From NCBI GenBank assembly GCA_039656555.1, contig JBDHLU010000011.1:357-64356 (forward strand): a DNA stretch of 64,000 nt, read 5' to 3'. A model generated the notes under the pieces. That model was not told where the DNA came from. It did not search any database and was given only the letters and a program-made list of their open reading frames with translations. This DNA is from Gemmatimonadota bacterium. Lineage in GTDB: Bacteria > Gemmatimonadota > Gemmatimonadetes > Gemmatimonadales > GWC2-71-9. A program made the position numbers and the translations under genes. This document shows positions 55,052 through 64,000 of this stretch, one piece after another. How positions within the stretch are numbered: the stretch's first letter is position 1; every line of letters starts with the position of its first letter.

Positions 55052-56049
55052 TCCGGGACCGCAAACTGCTCCGGAAGCAGAAATCCCATTCGCTCTCGCA
55101 CCTCGGCCATCGTCGCCTGGGCCACGGCGCGGGCACGATCCGCTCCCGCCTGGAGTATTGCGTGCACCTGCGCCGGATCCTCCTGCAGTGCGGCCGCCCG
55201 CTCGCGCATCGGTGCGAACTTCTCCTCGATGCCCTGCGCCAACACCCGCTTGCAATCGATGCAACCCCAGCCGGCCGATCGACACTGGAGCGCAACGTGC
55301 TTGATGGTCTCGGCCGAGGAGAAGTGCTTATGCAGGCTGTAGAGATTGCACACTTCCGGATTCCCCGGGTCGGTTTTCCTCACTCTCGCTGGATCCGTCA
55401 CGGATGGACGAAGACGGGCCCAAACGTCATCGGGATCCTCCAAAATCCCGATGGTGTTCCCGAGGCTCTTGGACATCTTCGCCTGGCCATCCAATCCCAC
55501 GATACGGCGCGCATGGCCGATCATGGCCTCGGGCTCTGGAAACACGCCTTCGCCGTATCGAGCGTTCCATTTACGAACGATCTCTCGCATCAGCTCGACA
55601 TGCTGCACCTGATCCTCGCCCACCGGAACGAGATCCGCCTTGTACAACAGGACATCGGCCGCCTGCAACACTGGATAATTCAGGAGACCCGCTGATACGC
55701 TTTCTTGCCGCCCCGCCTTATCCTTGAATTGCGTCATTCGCTCGAGGTCACCGAGCGGCGTCACAGTATTGAATATCCATGCAAGCTCGGTATGCTCTCG
55801 TACATGGGATTGAACGAATAACGTGCAGCGCTCGGGGTCGATGCCGGAGGCCAGGAGTCCGACCGCCATATCGAAGGTGCGTGGCGAAAGGGTAGCGGTG
55901 TCATAAGGTTGCGTGATCGCATGATAGTCTACGATACAGATGAAGCACTCGTACTGTGCCTGTAACTCGACCCAGTTGCGGACCGCGCCTAGATAATTTC
56001 CGATGTGGAGTTCACCGGAAGGCTGAATGCCAGAGAATACACGTCGCAT
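55048..56049 (-). CDS. trpS: Tryptophan--tRNA ligase
   Basis: GIQPSGELHIGNYLG and KMSKSLGN class I motifs; 333 aa. Confidence 0.95.
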   Translation of the reverse strand: MRRVFSGIQPSGELHIGNYLGAVRNWVELQAQYECFICIVDYHAITQPYDTATLSPRTFDMAVGLLASGIDPERCTLFVQSHVREHTELAWIFNTVTPLGDLERMTQFKDKAGRQESVSAGLLNYPVLQAADVLLYKADLVPVGEDQVQHVELMREIVRKWNARYGEGVFPEPEAMIGHARRIVGLDGQAKMSKSLGNTIGILEDPDDVWARLRPSVTDPARVRKTDPGNPEVCNLYSLHKHFSSAETIKHVALQCRSAGWGCIDCKRVLAQGIEEKFAPMRERAAALQEDPAQVHAILQAGADRARAVAQATMAEVRERMGFLLPEQFAVPE

Positions 56050-56088
56050 AGCGAGGGAAGCTAGGACGGAACCAGGGGGGACCGCAAG

Positions 56089-56889
56089 GTGAACGACAAC
56101 GACGAACTAATTAAGGTGGCATCTCGCGCAGCCCAACACGGTGCGGCATTCATTCGAAGCCAGAACCGCCCCGAATCGGACGAGTGGGACCTCAAGGGCT
56201 CCAGCGATTTCGTCACGGCGGTCGACCGCGGGGCTGAGGAGGTCATCGGTAACGCGCTCTTGGATGGGTACCCAGACTCCACCATACTCGGAGAAGAGCT
56301 TACGCCAGATGCCACGAGCACCGACCTGCTTTGGGTGGTGGACCCCCTAGACGGGACGACCAACTACCTGCACGACTATCCCGCGTACGCTGTCAGCATC
56401 GCCGCCGTCATATCCGGAACCCTCACTGCCGCGATCGTGCTCGACATCCCTCGAGAAACCGAGTATCACGCCACGGCGGGCGGGGGAGCATGGCAGGGAG
56501 ATCAACGGCTCAACGTGTCCGATGTGACCGATCCGGCACAAGCGCTGATCGGAACCGGTTGGCCATTCAAACGTCCCGCCCTGCTACCAGAGTTCATGCG
56601 GCACTTTGCAGCGATACTGGCTGAAACGGCAGGAATACGCCGGGCTGGATCCGCCTCGCTCGACTTCGTGGATGTGGCGCGTGGACGTTTTGACGGCTTC
56701 TGGGAACCGTACTTGGCCCCATGGGACGTAGCGGCCGGTTCGTTGATCGTGCGTGAAGCTGGCGGCTTAGTTTCAGGCTACACGGGGAACCTGGAAGTCG
56801 TACGGCACGGGGATTTCGTCGCGGGGAACCCCCGCATGCACGGTTGGTTGGTCGAGATGCTCACGCGGGAGATACCCGCCGGCACCTAG
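56089..56889 (+). CDS. suhB: Inositol monophosphatase family protein
   Basis: LWVVDPLDGTTNY and WDVAAG motifs. GTG start. Confidence 0.85.
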   Translation: MNDNDELIKVASRAAQHGAAFIRSQNRPESDEWDLKGSSDFVTAVDRGAEEVIGNALLDGYPDSTILGEELTPDATSTDLLWVVDPLDGTTNYLHDYPAYAVSIAAVISGTLTAAIVLDIPRETEYHATAGGGAWQGDQRLNVSDVTDPAQALIGTGWPFKRPALLPEFMRHFAAILAETAGIRRAGSASLDFVDVARGRFDGFWEPYLAPWDVAAGSLIVREAGGLVSGYTGNLEVVRHGDFVAGNPRMHGWLVEMLTREIPAGT

Positions 56890-57656
56890 ACCGGCGTGTG
56901 TGCCGTAGCCACCGTGAGCACGCGAGGGCCCCCGGTGGTAATCACCACTGTATGCTCGAAGTGAGCCGATAGTGATCCATCCATCGTGACGACGGTCCAT
57001 TTGTCATCGAGCGTTCGGATCTCCCGTCCACCTATGTTGACCATCGGCTCGATGGCCAACGTCATCCCCGGCTGGAGTCTAGGCCCCCGCTTCGGTTTAC
57101 CGTAGTTGGGCACCTGAGGTTCCTCGTGAAAGCTCGCCCCGATACCGTGCCCGACAAGCTCACGCACCACGCTGAACCCAGCACCTTCCGCGACGGTCTG
57201 CACTGCGTGACCGATATCCCCGATGTGGTTCCCCACCACTGCCGCGCGAATGCCCGCCTCCAATCCTCGCTGCGTCACGTCGAGCAACCGTTGGGTTTCG
57301 GGCGCCACATCACCAACTGCGATAGTCACGGCCGAATCCGCATGCATTCCGTCCAAACTCACGCCGCAGTCTACCGAGATGATGTCACCGTTCTCGAGAA
57401 CTCTGGCGGGGGACGGAATGCCGTGCACGATTTCTTCGTTGATCGACGTACATAGCGATGCCGGAAATTCGTACAAACCCTTGAATGATGGGGCAGCGCC
57501 TTCGTGACTACGAATAAATTCCTCGGCCGCCTGGTCAAGATCTTCCGTGCTTACTCCCGGAGCAACCTTCCCGGCGACGAACACGAGCGTGTCGGCCAGA
57601 ATCTTGCCGGCCGACTCCATCGTCTCGATTTCGCGGGTTGACTTGATCGTGATCAT
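56886..57656 (-). CDS. map: Methionine aminopeptidase, type I
   Basis: 256 aa, MITIKSTREIETM..., pita-bread metal-ligand blocks (ISVDCG, GHGIG, TLAIEPM, EHTV). Follows adk in the spc operon. Confidence 0.95.
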   Translation of the reverse strand: MITIKSTREIETMESAGKILADTLVFVAGKVAPGVSTEDLDQAAEEFIRSHEGAAPSFKGLYEFPASLCTSINEEIVHGIPSPARVLENGDIISVDCGVSLDGMHADSAVTIAVGDVAPETQRLLDVTQRGLEAGIRAAVVGNHIGDIGHAVQTVAEGAGFSVVRELVGHGIGASFHEEPQVPNYGKPKRGPRLQPGMTLAIEPMVNIGGREIRTLDDKWTVVTMDGSLSAHFEHTVVITTGGPRVLTVATAHTPV

Positions 57657-58216
57657 GGTGCCAATGCCTGGTCGATTCGGGAAGCGATTTCCTCTACCGT
57701 CCCAACACCATCGACCTCGGCCAGGATCCCCTCTTCCCTATAATGGGCAATGAGCGGCGCCGTCTCTTCTTCATAAACCACAAGGCGCCGTTCAATCGCC
57801 TCCGGCGTATCATCGCTCCGGCCCTGCTGTTGTGCCCGCCCCAACATCCGACTGATCAGTTCGTCTCGCGGCACCGTGATGGACAGAACGCAATCGACGC
57901 GGGACCCCAGCTCGGCTAGGCGCCGACCCACAGCCTCGGCCTGGCCGACCGTGCGGGGAAACCCGTCCATGATGATGCCTCGCTGCGCCTCTGGCGAGGT
58001 CAGGACCTCTTCGATCAATCCTAGAATGATATCATCCGGGACGAGCAGCCCTTGGTCCATATAGGACTTCGCCTTGAGGCCCAGGTCGGTTTCGGCCTTC
58101 ACCGCAGATCGCAACAGGTCACCCGTTGCGATCTTCGTGAGTCCCCTACGGTCACCCAGCATCGCGCCCTGGGTGCCTTTGCCGGCACCAGGTGGACCCA
58201 GAAAAATCAGATTCAT
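57653..58216 (-). CDS. adk: Adenylate kinase (short form, no zinc lid)
   Basis: MNLIFLGPPGAGKGTQ; 187 aa. Confidence 0.95.
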   Translation of the reverse strand: MNLIFLGPPGAGKGTQGAMLGDRRGLTKIATGDLLRSAVKAETDLGLKAKSYMDQGLLVPDDIILGLIEEVLTSPEAQRGIIMDGFPRTVGQAEAVGRRLAELGSRVDCVLSITVPRDELISRMLGRAQQQGRSDDTPEAIERRLVVYEEETAPLIAHYREEGILAEVDGVGTVEEIASRIDQALAP

Positions 58217-58234
58217 GGAGATGAAACGGGGTGA

Positions 58235-59551
58235 TTACATGTATCGCCCACCGCGACGCCCGCGGAATTTGACCCGCCCCTGCTTCATGAAGTCGTCGTA
58301 GTGGCGCAAGTGGAGATGCTGTTGGATTTGGATCCAGGTATCGAGCCCGACACCGACGACGATCAGAAGTGCCGTACCACCGAAGAAGAACGGAACTTCG
58401 AATGCGTTGAAGATGAAGAATGGCAACAAGGCAATCGCCGTCAAAAATATCGCCCCGGGCAACGTCACGCGGGTGAGGACATCGTCGACGTAGTCTGCCG
58501 TGGCCGCGCCGGGTTTGACTCCCGGAATGAACCCACCTTGTTTCTTCAAGTTCTCGGCGATATCGAGTGGATTGAAGATGATCGACGTGTAGAAAAAGGT
58601 GAAGAAGAGGATCAGCAGGCCGTAGCTGAAGTAGTAAACGCCCGTGCCGGGTTGGAACATGTCCGAAATGCCACGCAGGAACGAGGAATTGCTGAACACC
58701 GCGAGCGTGCCCGGAACGATGATGATCGACTGTGCAAAGATGATGGGCATGACGCCCGAGGAGTTGATGCGGATCGGGATGAACGTTTTCTGCCCCTCTC
58801 GAATGCGCCCCCGCCCCATCACCTTTCGCGGGATCTGAATGGGAATCCGGCGCGCCGCCACAGTAATAGCGATCACCCCAGCAACGACGCCAAGCATCAC
58901 AACCAAAAGAACGAGGAGTGCCCCGAGTGATAGTGCGTCGGCCTGCAGGAGTTGTAGCGTACGGCCCAAGCCTGGGAGAAAGCCCTCCATAATGGAGAAG
59001 AAGATCATGAGGCTCATCCCGTTCCCGACACCACGCTCGGTTATGCGCTCACCCAGCCACATCACGAACATGGCGCCAGTCGTGAGTGTCAACACCGTCG
59101 TCAACCGGAAGGCTAGGCCGTCATTCGGGACGGCGCCTTGCTGTGCCGCAAACGCACCGAACGCATACGCCTGACCGATCGACAATACAACCGTCGCGTA
59201 TCGCGTCCATTGCGTGATCTTCCTTCGCCCCTCTTCTTCCTTCTGGAGCTTGTCGACCACGGGGAAGATGGCGCCACCCAACTGGAACATGATTGACGCC
59301 GAGATATACGGCATGATCCCCAAGGCGAGCACCGTCGCGCGCGACAATCCACCGCCTACGAACATGTCGTAGACGCCGAATAGCGTGCCCTGCCCTTGGT
59401 TGGAGATGAAGTCGGCCAGAACCTGCACGTCGACACCAGGCGTGGCGATATGCGCTCCGGCACGATATATCGCCAGGACCATCAACGTAAAGAGGAGCTT
59501 CTCTTTGAGCTCCGGTACTGCAAAAAGGTTTGGTATACGAGGACCGGTCAT
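58235..59551 (-). CDS. secY: Preprotein translocase subunit SecY
   Basis: 10-TM protein with LGIMPYISASI and canonical position L15-secY-adk. Confidence 0.95.
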   Translation of the reverse strand: MTGPRIPNLFAVPELKEKLLFTLMVLAIYRAGAHIATPGVDVQVLADFISNQGQGTLFGVYDMFVGGGLSRATVLALGIMPYISASIMFQLGGAIFPVVDKLQKEEEGRRKITQWTRYATVVLSIGQAYAFGAFAAQQGAVPNDGLAFRLTTVLTLTTGAMFVMWLGERITERGVGNGMSLMIFFSIMEGFLPGLGRTLQLLQADALSLGALLVLLVVMLGVVAGVIAITVAARRIPIQIPRKVMGRGRIREGQKTFIPIRINSSGVMPIIFAQSIIIVPGTLAVFSNSSFLRGISDMFQPGTGVYYFSYGLLILFFTFFYTSIIFNPLDIAENLKKQGGFIPGVKPGAATADYVDDVLTRVTLPGAIFLTAIALLPFFIFNAFEVPFFFGGTALLIVVGVGLDTWIQIQQHLHLRHYDDFMKQGRVKFRGRRGGRYM

Positions 59552-59554
59552 TCG

Positions 59555-60013
59555 TTAGGCCTCGACCCGTCCACCCGCCTTCTCGATCTTCTCGCGAGCG
59601 GTCTTGGAAGCCGCACAGCCCTTCACGACGAACGCGCGCGCCACCTCACCCATGCCCAAGATCTTTACGGGCGCCGAGGCTTTCCCCACCAAGCCCTTCG
59701 CAACCAACACTGCCGGCGTGACCTCTTCGCCGGGGAGTTGCTCCAGGTCCTTGAGATTCACAACCTGCGACGGCACCCGGAACGGATTCGTGAATCCGCG
59801 CTTGGGCACCCTCCTGGTCAGCGGCATTTGGCCACCTTCGAACCCCGGGCGCACCCGCCCTCCGGCCCGCGAGCGCTGACCCTTCTGCCCGCGTCCAGCA
59901 GTCTTTCCGAGGCCCGAGCCGATCCCGCGACCCTTACGCTTGGGCTCGCGGTGCATGCCCTTCGGGGCCGGAAGATTGTGCAGCCCTAGTTGTTCCGTTT
60001 CCTTCTCCGCCAT
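59555..60013 (-). CDS. rplO: 50S ribosomal protein L15
   Basis: LHNLPAPKG...RKGRGIGSGLGKTAGRGQKGQ. ATG at 60011-60013 overlaps the L30 stop; the track start at 60016 is TTG. Confidence 0.95.
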   Translation of the reverse strand: MAEKETEQLGLHNLPAPKGMHREPKRKGRGIGSGLGKTAGRGQKGQRSRAGGRVRPGFEGGQMPLTRRVPKRGFTNPFRVPSQVVNLKDLEQLPGEEVTPAVLVAKGLVGKASAPVKILGMGEVARAFVVKGCAASKTAREKIEKAGGRVEA

Positions 60014-60501
60014 CAAGCCTCCTCAGCCGCCACCTTCACTAGGTGACGAACCCTAAACAGCATCCCGCGCATCGACGGGTTGTCGTCTACGACGACCATG
60101 TCTTGGTGGTGCTTCAAACCGAGCGCCCGCAGTGTGCGGCGATACTTCTGCTGGTGTCCAATACCCGACCGAACCTGTGTGACGCACAGCTTGCCTACCG
60201 GGGCTTGTCGTTTCTGCAGCGCTGCCTTCGCCTCGACCGCTTCAGTCTTGGGTGCTTTGACGGTCTCGGTCGTCTTCGCAGCCTTCTTGGCCGTCGACTT
60301 GGTAGCCTTGGCTGCCGTGGTCGCCTTCTTGGCCGTCGACTTGGTCGTGGGGGCCTTCTTCTTCGTGACCTTCTTGGTCGTTACCTTCTTGGTCGTTACC
60401 TTCTTGGTCGTTACCTTCTTGGTCGTGACCTTCTTGGTCGTGACCTTCTTGGTCGTCGCCTTCTTCGTCGCCTTCTTCTTCGAATCGCTTGACTTAGGCA
60501 C
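60013..60501 (-). CDS. rpmD: 50S ribosomal protein L30 with about 100-aa Lys/Thr/Ala-rich repeat N-terminal extension
   Basis: C-terminal about 60 aa [55 protein letters not shown] is canonical L30. The in-frame upstream region encodes KKATKKATT(KKVTT)n.... GTG at 60499-60501 is preceded by AAGAGG and lies just at the S5 stop. The track ORF to 60546 overlaps S5. Confidence 0.8.
   Translation of the reverse strand: MPKSSDSKKKATKKATTKKVTTKKVTTKKVTTKKVTTKKVTTKKVTKKKAPTTKSTAKKATTAAKATKSTAKKAAKTTETVKAPKTEAVEAKAALQKRQAPVGKLCVTQVRSGIGHQQKYRRTLRALGLKHHQDMVVVDDNPSMRGMLFRVRHLVKVAAEEA
60365..60469 (-). repeat. Tandem 15-bp coding repeat (6 near-identical units + 1 degenerate)
   Basis: Plus strand reads gtgaccttcttggtc / gttaccttcttggtc x3 / gtgaccttcttggtc x2 / gtcgccttcttcgtc. 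It encodes TKKVT units of the L30 extension. Confidence 0.9.
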
Positions 60502-61060
60502 TTGGAACCTCTTGGCGAGGCCGGTACCCAATCTCATCCACCTCAATCCCGCGTTGACGCGCGGCCTCCTCGACTGTTAGAAGGCTTCGCAATCCATCCA
60601 ACGTAGCCCACACCATGTTGTGGGGATTCGCCGATCCCAACGACTTCGTCAGAATGTCCGTGATGCCGGCGCATTCAAGAACTGCCCGCACAGGGCCGCC
60701 CGCGATGATGCCAGTTCCCGTCGAAGCCGGTTTCAGCATGACGCGCCCCGCGCCGTGCGCCCCGACAATATCGTGGGGAATCGTGGTACCCACTCGAGGC
60801 ACAGGTGCCATGTCGCGCCGTGCGGCTTCCACCGCCTTGCGCACGGCTTCGGAAACCTCGTTGGCCTTCCCAGTCCCGATTCCCACCTTGCCGTCACCGT
60901 CACCCACTGCTGCGAGCGCCGTGAAGGAGAACCTTCGCCCACCCTTGACGACCTTCGCTACTCGATTGATGTCAACGACGTTCTCGACGAATTCGGATTC
61001 GCGCTCGCGCCGATCCCGACGGTCACCCTTCCGTTGCGATCGCTCTCGCTCTTGTGCCAT
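60494..61060 (-). CDS. rpsE: 30S ribosomal protein S5
   Basis: [27 protein letters not shown]...; basic N-terminal extension. Confidence 0.95.
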   Translation of the reverse strand: MAQERERSQRKGDRRDRRERESEFVENVVDINRVAKVVKGGRRFSFTALAAVGDGDGKVGIGTGKANEVSEAVRKAVEAARRDMAPVPRVGTTIPHDIVGAHGAGRVMLKPASTGTGIIAGGPVRAVLECAGITDILTKSLGSANPHNMVWATLDGLRSLLTVEEAARQRGIEVDEIGYRPRQEVPSA

Positions 61061-61065
61061 GATCT

Positions 61066-61443
61066 CTAAAACTCCAACCCGCCCGCACGAGCACCATCGG
61101 CCAGCGCTCGAACGCGTCCATGATAGATGTACCCGCCCCGGTCGAACACGACGTGTCCGACACCTTTCTCCTTGGCCTGAGCCGCGAGTCGTTTCCCAAC
61201 CGAATACGCCGCCCCGATCTTCCCTGACTTTCCCTCTTCCACCGTGAAACCGGGCTGGCGGTCACTCGCCGCGGCCAGCGTGACACCGCTGACGTCGTCG
61301 ATGATCTGGGCATACATGAAGCGCAACGACCGCCGCACGACCAACCGTGGACGTTCCGCGGTGCCATGCACTTTTTGGCGCACGCGAACGTGGCGCCGGT
61401 ACCGGCGTGCACTCCGCGTCTTGGGGTTACGAACCGGCCTCAT
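61066..61443 (-). CDS. rplR: 50S ribosomal protein L18
   Basis: [35 protein letters not shown] ... [20 protein letters not shown]. Confidence 0.95.
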   Translation of the reverse strand: MRPVRNPKTRSARRYRRHVRVRQKVHGTAERPRLVVRRSLRFMYAQIIDDVSGVTLAAASDRQPGFTVEEGKSGKIGAAYSVGKRLAAQAKEKGVGHVVFDRGGYIYHGRVRALADGARAGGLEF

Positions 61444-61982
61444 GCCTTCGCTCCAGTCTTCCCGGCCTTCCGGCGGACCTGCTCGCCCACATACCGGATT
61501 CCTTTTCCCTTGTATGGTTCGGGCGGTCGCACGCTCCGAAGCTCGGCAGCGACCTGGCCAACCACTTCCTTGTCAATTCCGTTCACCTTGATGCTCGTAG
61601 GATTCTCCACGGCGATCTTGATTCCCTCGGGCGCATCGTAATCGACAGGGTGCGAAAACCCGACCACCAACCGGACTCCCTTGGGACGCTCCTCTGCCTT
61701 GTAGCCCACGCCCTGGATTTCGAGGGCCTTCGTGTACCCGTCTGTCACCCCGGTCACCATGTTCTGGACCAACGACCGTGTCAGCCCGTGAAGCGCCCGA
61801 TGTCGACCGATGTCGGAGGGTCGTGTGACCCGGACTTCGTCGTCAACCAGCTCGATATTCATTTCCGAGGGGAGGGTTCGTGCGAGTTCACCCTTGGGGC
61901 CTTTGACCGTGATGGCATTCCCATCGAGCGCCACCGTCACCCCTTGGGGGACGACGACCGGTTTCCTACCAATACGGGACAT
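61440..61982 (-). CDS. rplF: 50S ribosomal protein L6
   Basis: [15 protein letters not shown]...[10 protein letters not shown]. Confidence 0.95.
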   Translation of the reverse strand: MSRIGRKPVVVPQGVTVALDGNAITVKGPKGELARTLPSEMNIELVDDEVRVTRPSDIGRHRALHGLTRSLVQNMVTGVTDGYTKALEIQGVGYKAEERPKGVRLVVGFSHPVDYDAPEGIKIAVENPTSIKVNGIDKEVVGQVAAELRSVRPPEPYKGKGIRYVGEQVRRKAGKTGAKA

Positions 61983-61991
61983 GGTCTCCCC

Positions 61992-62387
61992 CTACCACAG
62001 CACCGCGACGACTTCGCCGCCGACGTGGGCTTGTCTCGCATCACGATCACTCATCACGCCTTTCGGCGTGGATATGATTGCCATCCCCAACCCGTTCTTG
62101 ACCCGTGGGATCTTGCGCGCACCTACGTACTGACGCAGACCCGGCCGCGAGACCCGACGGACCTCGTGGATCACGGGCTTGTCTTCATAATATCGCAGAT
62201 ACACCCGCAGCAGTCCGTGGCGTCCATCATCGAGGACTTTGTAGTCCTGGATGTAATGGTTGTCACGGAGCAATCGCGCGATCTCGGTCTTGAACCGAGA
62301 CACTGGAATATCCACCCGTCGATGTCCTGCCCGGCACGCGTTGCGGATACGGGTCAACATATCGGAGACTGGATCGGTCATCGCCAT
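61992..62387 (-). CDS. rpsH: 30S ribosomal protein S8
   Basis: MAMTDPVSDMLTRIRNA...GGEVVAVLW. Confidence 0.95.
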   Translation of the reverse strand: MAMTDPVSDMLTRIRNACRAGHRRVDIPVSRFKTEIARLLRDNHYIQDYKVLDDGRHGLLRVYLRYYEDKPVIHEVRRVSRPGLRQYVGARKIPRVKNGLGMAIISTPKGVMSDRDARQAHVGGEVVAVLW

Positions 62388-62573
62388 TTACCAGCTCGCC
62401 TTCCGCACTCCGGGAATCTCTCCCCGCAGTGCCATCTCACGAAAACAGATCCGGCACATACCGAAACGGCGGAGAAAGGCCCTGGGCCGCCCGCATCGAG
62501 AGCACCGGTTGTACGCTCGCGCGCTGAATTTGGGCTTCCGCTTCGCCTTCTCAACCAAGCACTTCTTGGCCAT
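62388..62573 (-). CDS. rpsN: 30S ribosomal protein S14, zinc-binding type Z (61 aa)
   Basis: [64 protein letters not shown] at 62571-62573. The track ORF to 62666 overlaps L5. Confidence 0.9.
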   Translation of the reverse strand: MAKKCLVEKAKRKPKFSARAYNRCSRCGRPRAFLRRFGMCRICFREMALRGEIPGVRKASW

Positions 62574-62589
62574 ATGTTCCTTATCCTCC

Positions 62590-63183
62590 CTATCCGATCT
62601 GAACCGGCGTTTGCCCCCGGAACGGCATTCCCATTTCCCGGAGCAGCGCCATGCCAACATCATCACGGTCTGCCGTGGTCACGAACGTGACATCCATCCC
62701 GTGAATCCTATCTACCTTGTCGTAATCGATTTCCGGAAACACCATTTGCTCCCGAATGCCGAGCGAGTAGTTCCCGCGCCCATCGAACGAATCGGTCGAG
62801 AATCCGCGAAAATCTCGAACCCGCGGTACCGAAACCGAGATGAACCGATCCAAAAACTCATACATTCGCGAGCCCCGAAGCGTCACTCGCGCCCCAACCG
62901 GCATCCCCTGCCGAAGCGAGAAGTTCGAAATCGCCTTCTTCGCCCGGGTGATCACGGCCTTCTGCCCCGTAATCGCCCCCAACTCCTCGACCACGCTGTC
63001 GAGCGCCTTCGGGTTCTTCTGCGCGTCTCCCATACCTACGTTGAGCACGATCTTCTCGAGCCGCGGGACCTGATGGGGGTTGTCGAACCCGAACTCCTGC
63101 ATCAGCTTGGCCCGGACCTTATCACCGTAGAAGTCCCGTAATCTGGCCCTCGGCGCCGCGCCATTTCCGTTGTCGTCCGCCAT
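62590..63183 (-). CDS. rplE: 50S ribosomal protein L5
   Basis: [15 protein letters not shown]...[10 protein letters not shown]. Confidence 0.95.
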   Translation of the reverse strand: MADDNGNGAAPRARLRDFYGDKVRAKLMQEFGFDNPHQVPRLEKIVLNVGMGDAQKNPKALDSVVEELGAITGQKAVITRAKKAISNFSLRQGMPVGARVTLRGSRMYEFLDRFISVSVPRVRDFRGFSTDSFDGRGNYSLGIREQMVFPEIDYDKVDRIHGMDVTFVTTADRDDVGMALLREMGMPFRGQTPVQIG

Positions 63184-63185
63184 AC

Positions 63186-63566
63186 CTATCGATTCCTCGG
63201 AATGGCCTGCCCCGAACGCACACTCAAGCGTTCGACCGTGCCATCCTTGTCTTTCTGGCGCCGGATCCGCGTCGGATCTCCCGATTTCGGATCGAGCAAC
63301 ATCACATTGGAGGAGTGAATAGGCGCGGGAAATTTCACGATCCCGCCCTCTTCGCTCCCCGTCGGCTTTCGGTGCTTCGTCACGACGTTGATGCCGTCGA
63401 CAACCACCTGGTTCTTCCGCGGCATCACCCGAATCACGTCACCCTCGGACCCCTTGAACGCGCCACTTATGACGCGCACCCGATCACCTTTGGTGATGTG
63501 CATTTTGTGTGGCCGGTCTTTGCGGTGCTTCTTCTGCCGCGACTTCTTGTAAACGAGCGGCTTCAT
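63186..63566 (-). CDS. rplX: 50S ribosomal protein L24 (possibly with 21-aa basic N-terminal extension)
   Basis: [23 protein letters not shown] core. ATG at 63566 directly abuts the L14 stop; the alternative ATG is at 63503. Confidence 0.9.
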   Translation of the reverse strand: MKPLVYKKSRQKKHRKDRPHKMHITKGDRVRVISGAFKGSEGDVIRVMPRKNQVVVDGINVVTKHRKPTGSEEGGIVKFPAPIHSSNVMLLDPKSGDPTRIRRQKDKDGTVERLSVRSGQAIPRNR

Positions 63567-63935
63567 TTACAACACCTCCGGCGCGAGCGACACGATCTTC
63601 ATGAATCGTTTCTCGCGAAGTTCACGCCCCACGGGTCCAAAGATCCGCGTACCCCTGGGCTCGCGTTGATCATTGATAAGCACCGCCGCGTTCTCATCGA
63701 AGCGGATGTAACTCCCGTCCCGACGGCGTGTCTCTTTAGCAGTTCGCACGACCACGGCCTTGGCGACCTCGCCTTTTTTCACCTGGCCAGTCGGCAGTGC
63801 GTCCTTGATGGCCACAACTACGATGTCGCCAACGCGGGCATAGCGACGCTTGCTCCCGCCCAACACACGAATGACCAATGCCTTTCGGGCGCCGGAATTG
63901 TCGGCAATGCGAACGATGGTTTCCTGTTGGATCAT
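63567..63935 (-). CDS. rplN: 50S ribosomal protein L14
   Basis: [30 protein letters not shown] at 63933-63935. The track ORF to 63983 overlaps S17. Confidence 0.95.
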   Translation of the reverse strand: MIQQETIVRIADNSGARKALVIRVLGGSKRRYARVGDIVVVAIKDALPTGQVKKGEVAKAVVVRTAKETRRRDGSYIRFDENAAVLINDQREPRGTRIFGPVGRELREKRFMKIVSLAPEVL

Positions 63936-63946
63936 AGCGTCCTCGC

Positions 63947-64000
63947 TTACTTCGCCCGCTGCAGAATCTCTACCACGCGCCAACGCTTGGTCTTCGAGAT
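63947..64000 (-). CDS. rpsQ: 30S ribosomal protein S17, C-terminal end (gene starts beyond window end)
   Basis: Minus strand reads ...[17 protein letters not shown]-stop (TAA at 63947-63949). Position is upstream of L14. Confidence 0.85.
   Translation of the reverse strand: MSKTKRWRVVEILQRAK

Noticed and set aside
60190-60490. The regularly spaced short repeats might be a CRISPR-like or minisatellite non-coding array
   Set aside because: The units are contiguous with no spacers, have a 15-bp period (a multiple of 3), and lie in frame within the L30 ORF. They are a coding tandem repeat.

Overview
This is a GC-rich bacterial chromosomal segment with no plasmid or phage hallmarks. It is almost fully coding: about 70 protein genes, all but seven on the minus strand, often joined by 4-nt ATGA/GTGA stop-start overlaps.

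Gene order, left to right:
- dnaJ (5' part)-grpE, cinA, pgsA, and the MglA/MglB polarity GTPase pair
- recR-ybaB-dnaX, with the SRP (4.5S) RNA gene directly upstream
- trkA-trkH, threonine aldolase, pyruvate kinase, a sirtuin, ispG and a class II ribonucleotide reductase
- a Ser/Thr-kinase/FHA/PP2C signalling island (20.3-30.5 kb), which includes an Omp85-barrel protein carrying a metallopeptidase and an FHA-linked trypsin-like protease
- anmK-murQ, class I FBP aldolase and ccdA
- an arginine-to-putrescine operon (pyruvoyl ArgDC + agmatinase) with two poorly understood partners
- priA, a methyltransferase/HDAC pair, and three tiny translationally coupled unknown ORFs behind an NSS transporter
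- glyQS, a lone Wzc-type tyrosine kinase, purA, pilT and trpS
- the distal part of the ribosomal spc operon (S17...L15-secY-adk-map)

I found one ncRNA (SRP RNA), two clear intrinsic terminators and one convergent-gene hairpin. I found no tRNA/rRNA, no CRISPR array and no transposase or integrase.

The ORF track gives longest ORFs with alternative start codons, so I trimmed several N-termini. Gene content (MglAB, PilT, Omp85/TonB-type domains) indicates a diderm; a Gemmatimonadota/Acidobacteriota-like lineage is only a guess.

Most worth following up:
- the 3-ORF module at 41.8-42.65 kb, where one product reads like a ubiquitin/YukD beta-grasp
- the FHA/kinase/phosphatase/protease operon and the divergent peptidase-Omp85 gene
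- the unknown partners in the polyamine operon
- ribosomal protein L30 with a histone-H1-like KKVTT repeat extension
- MglA with an internal insertion

All functional calls come from reading motifs by eye; no searches were run.
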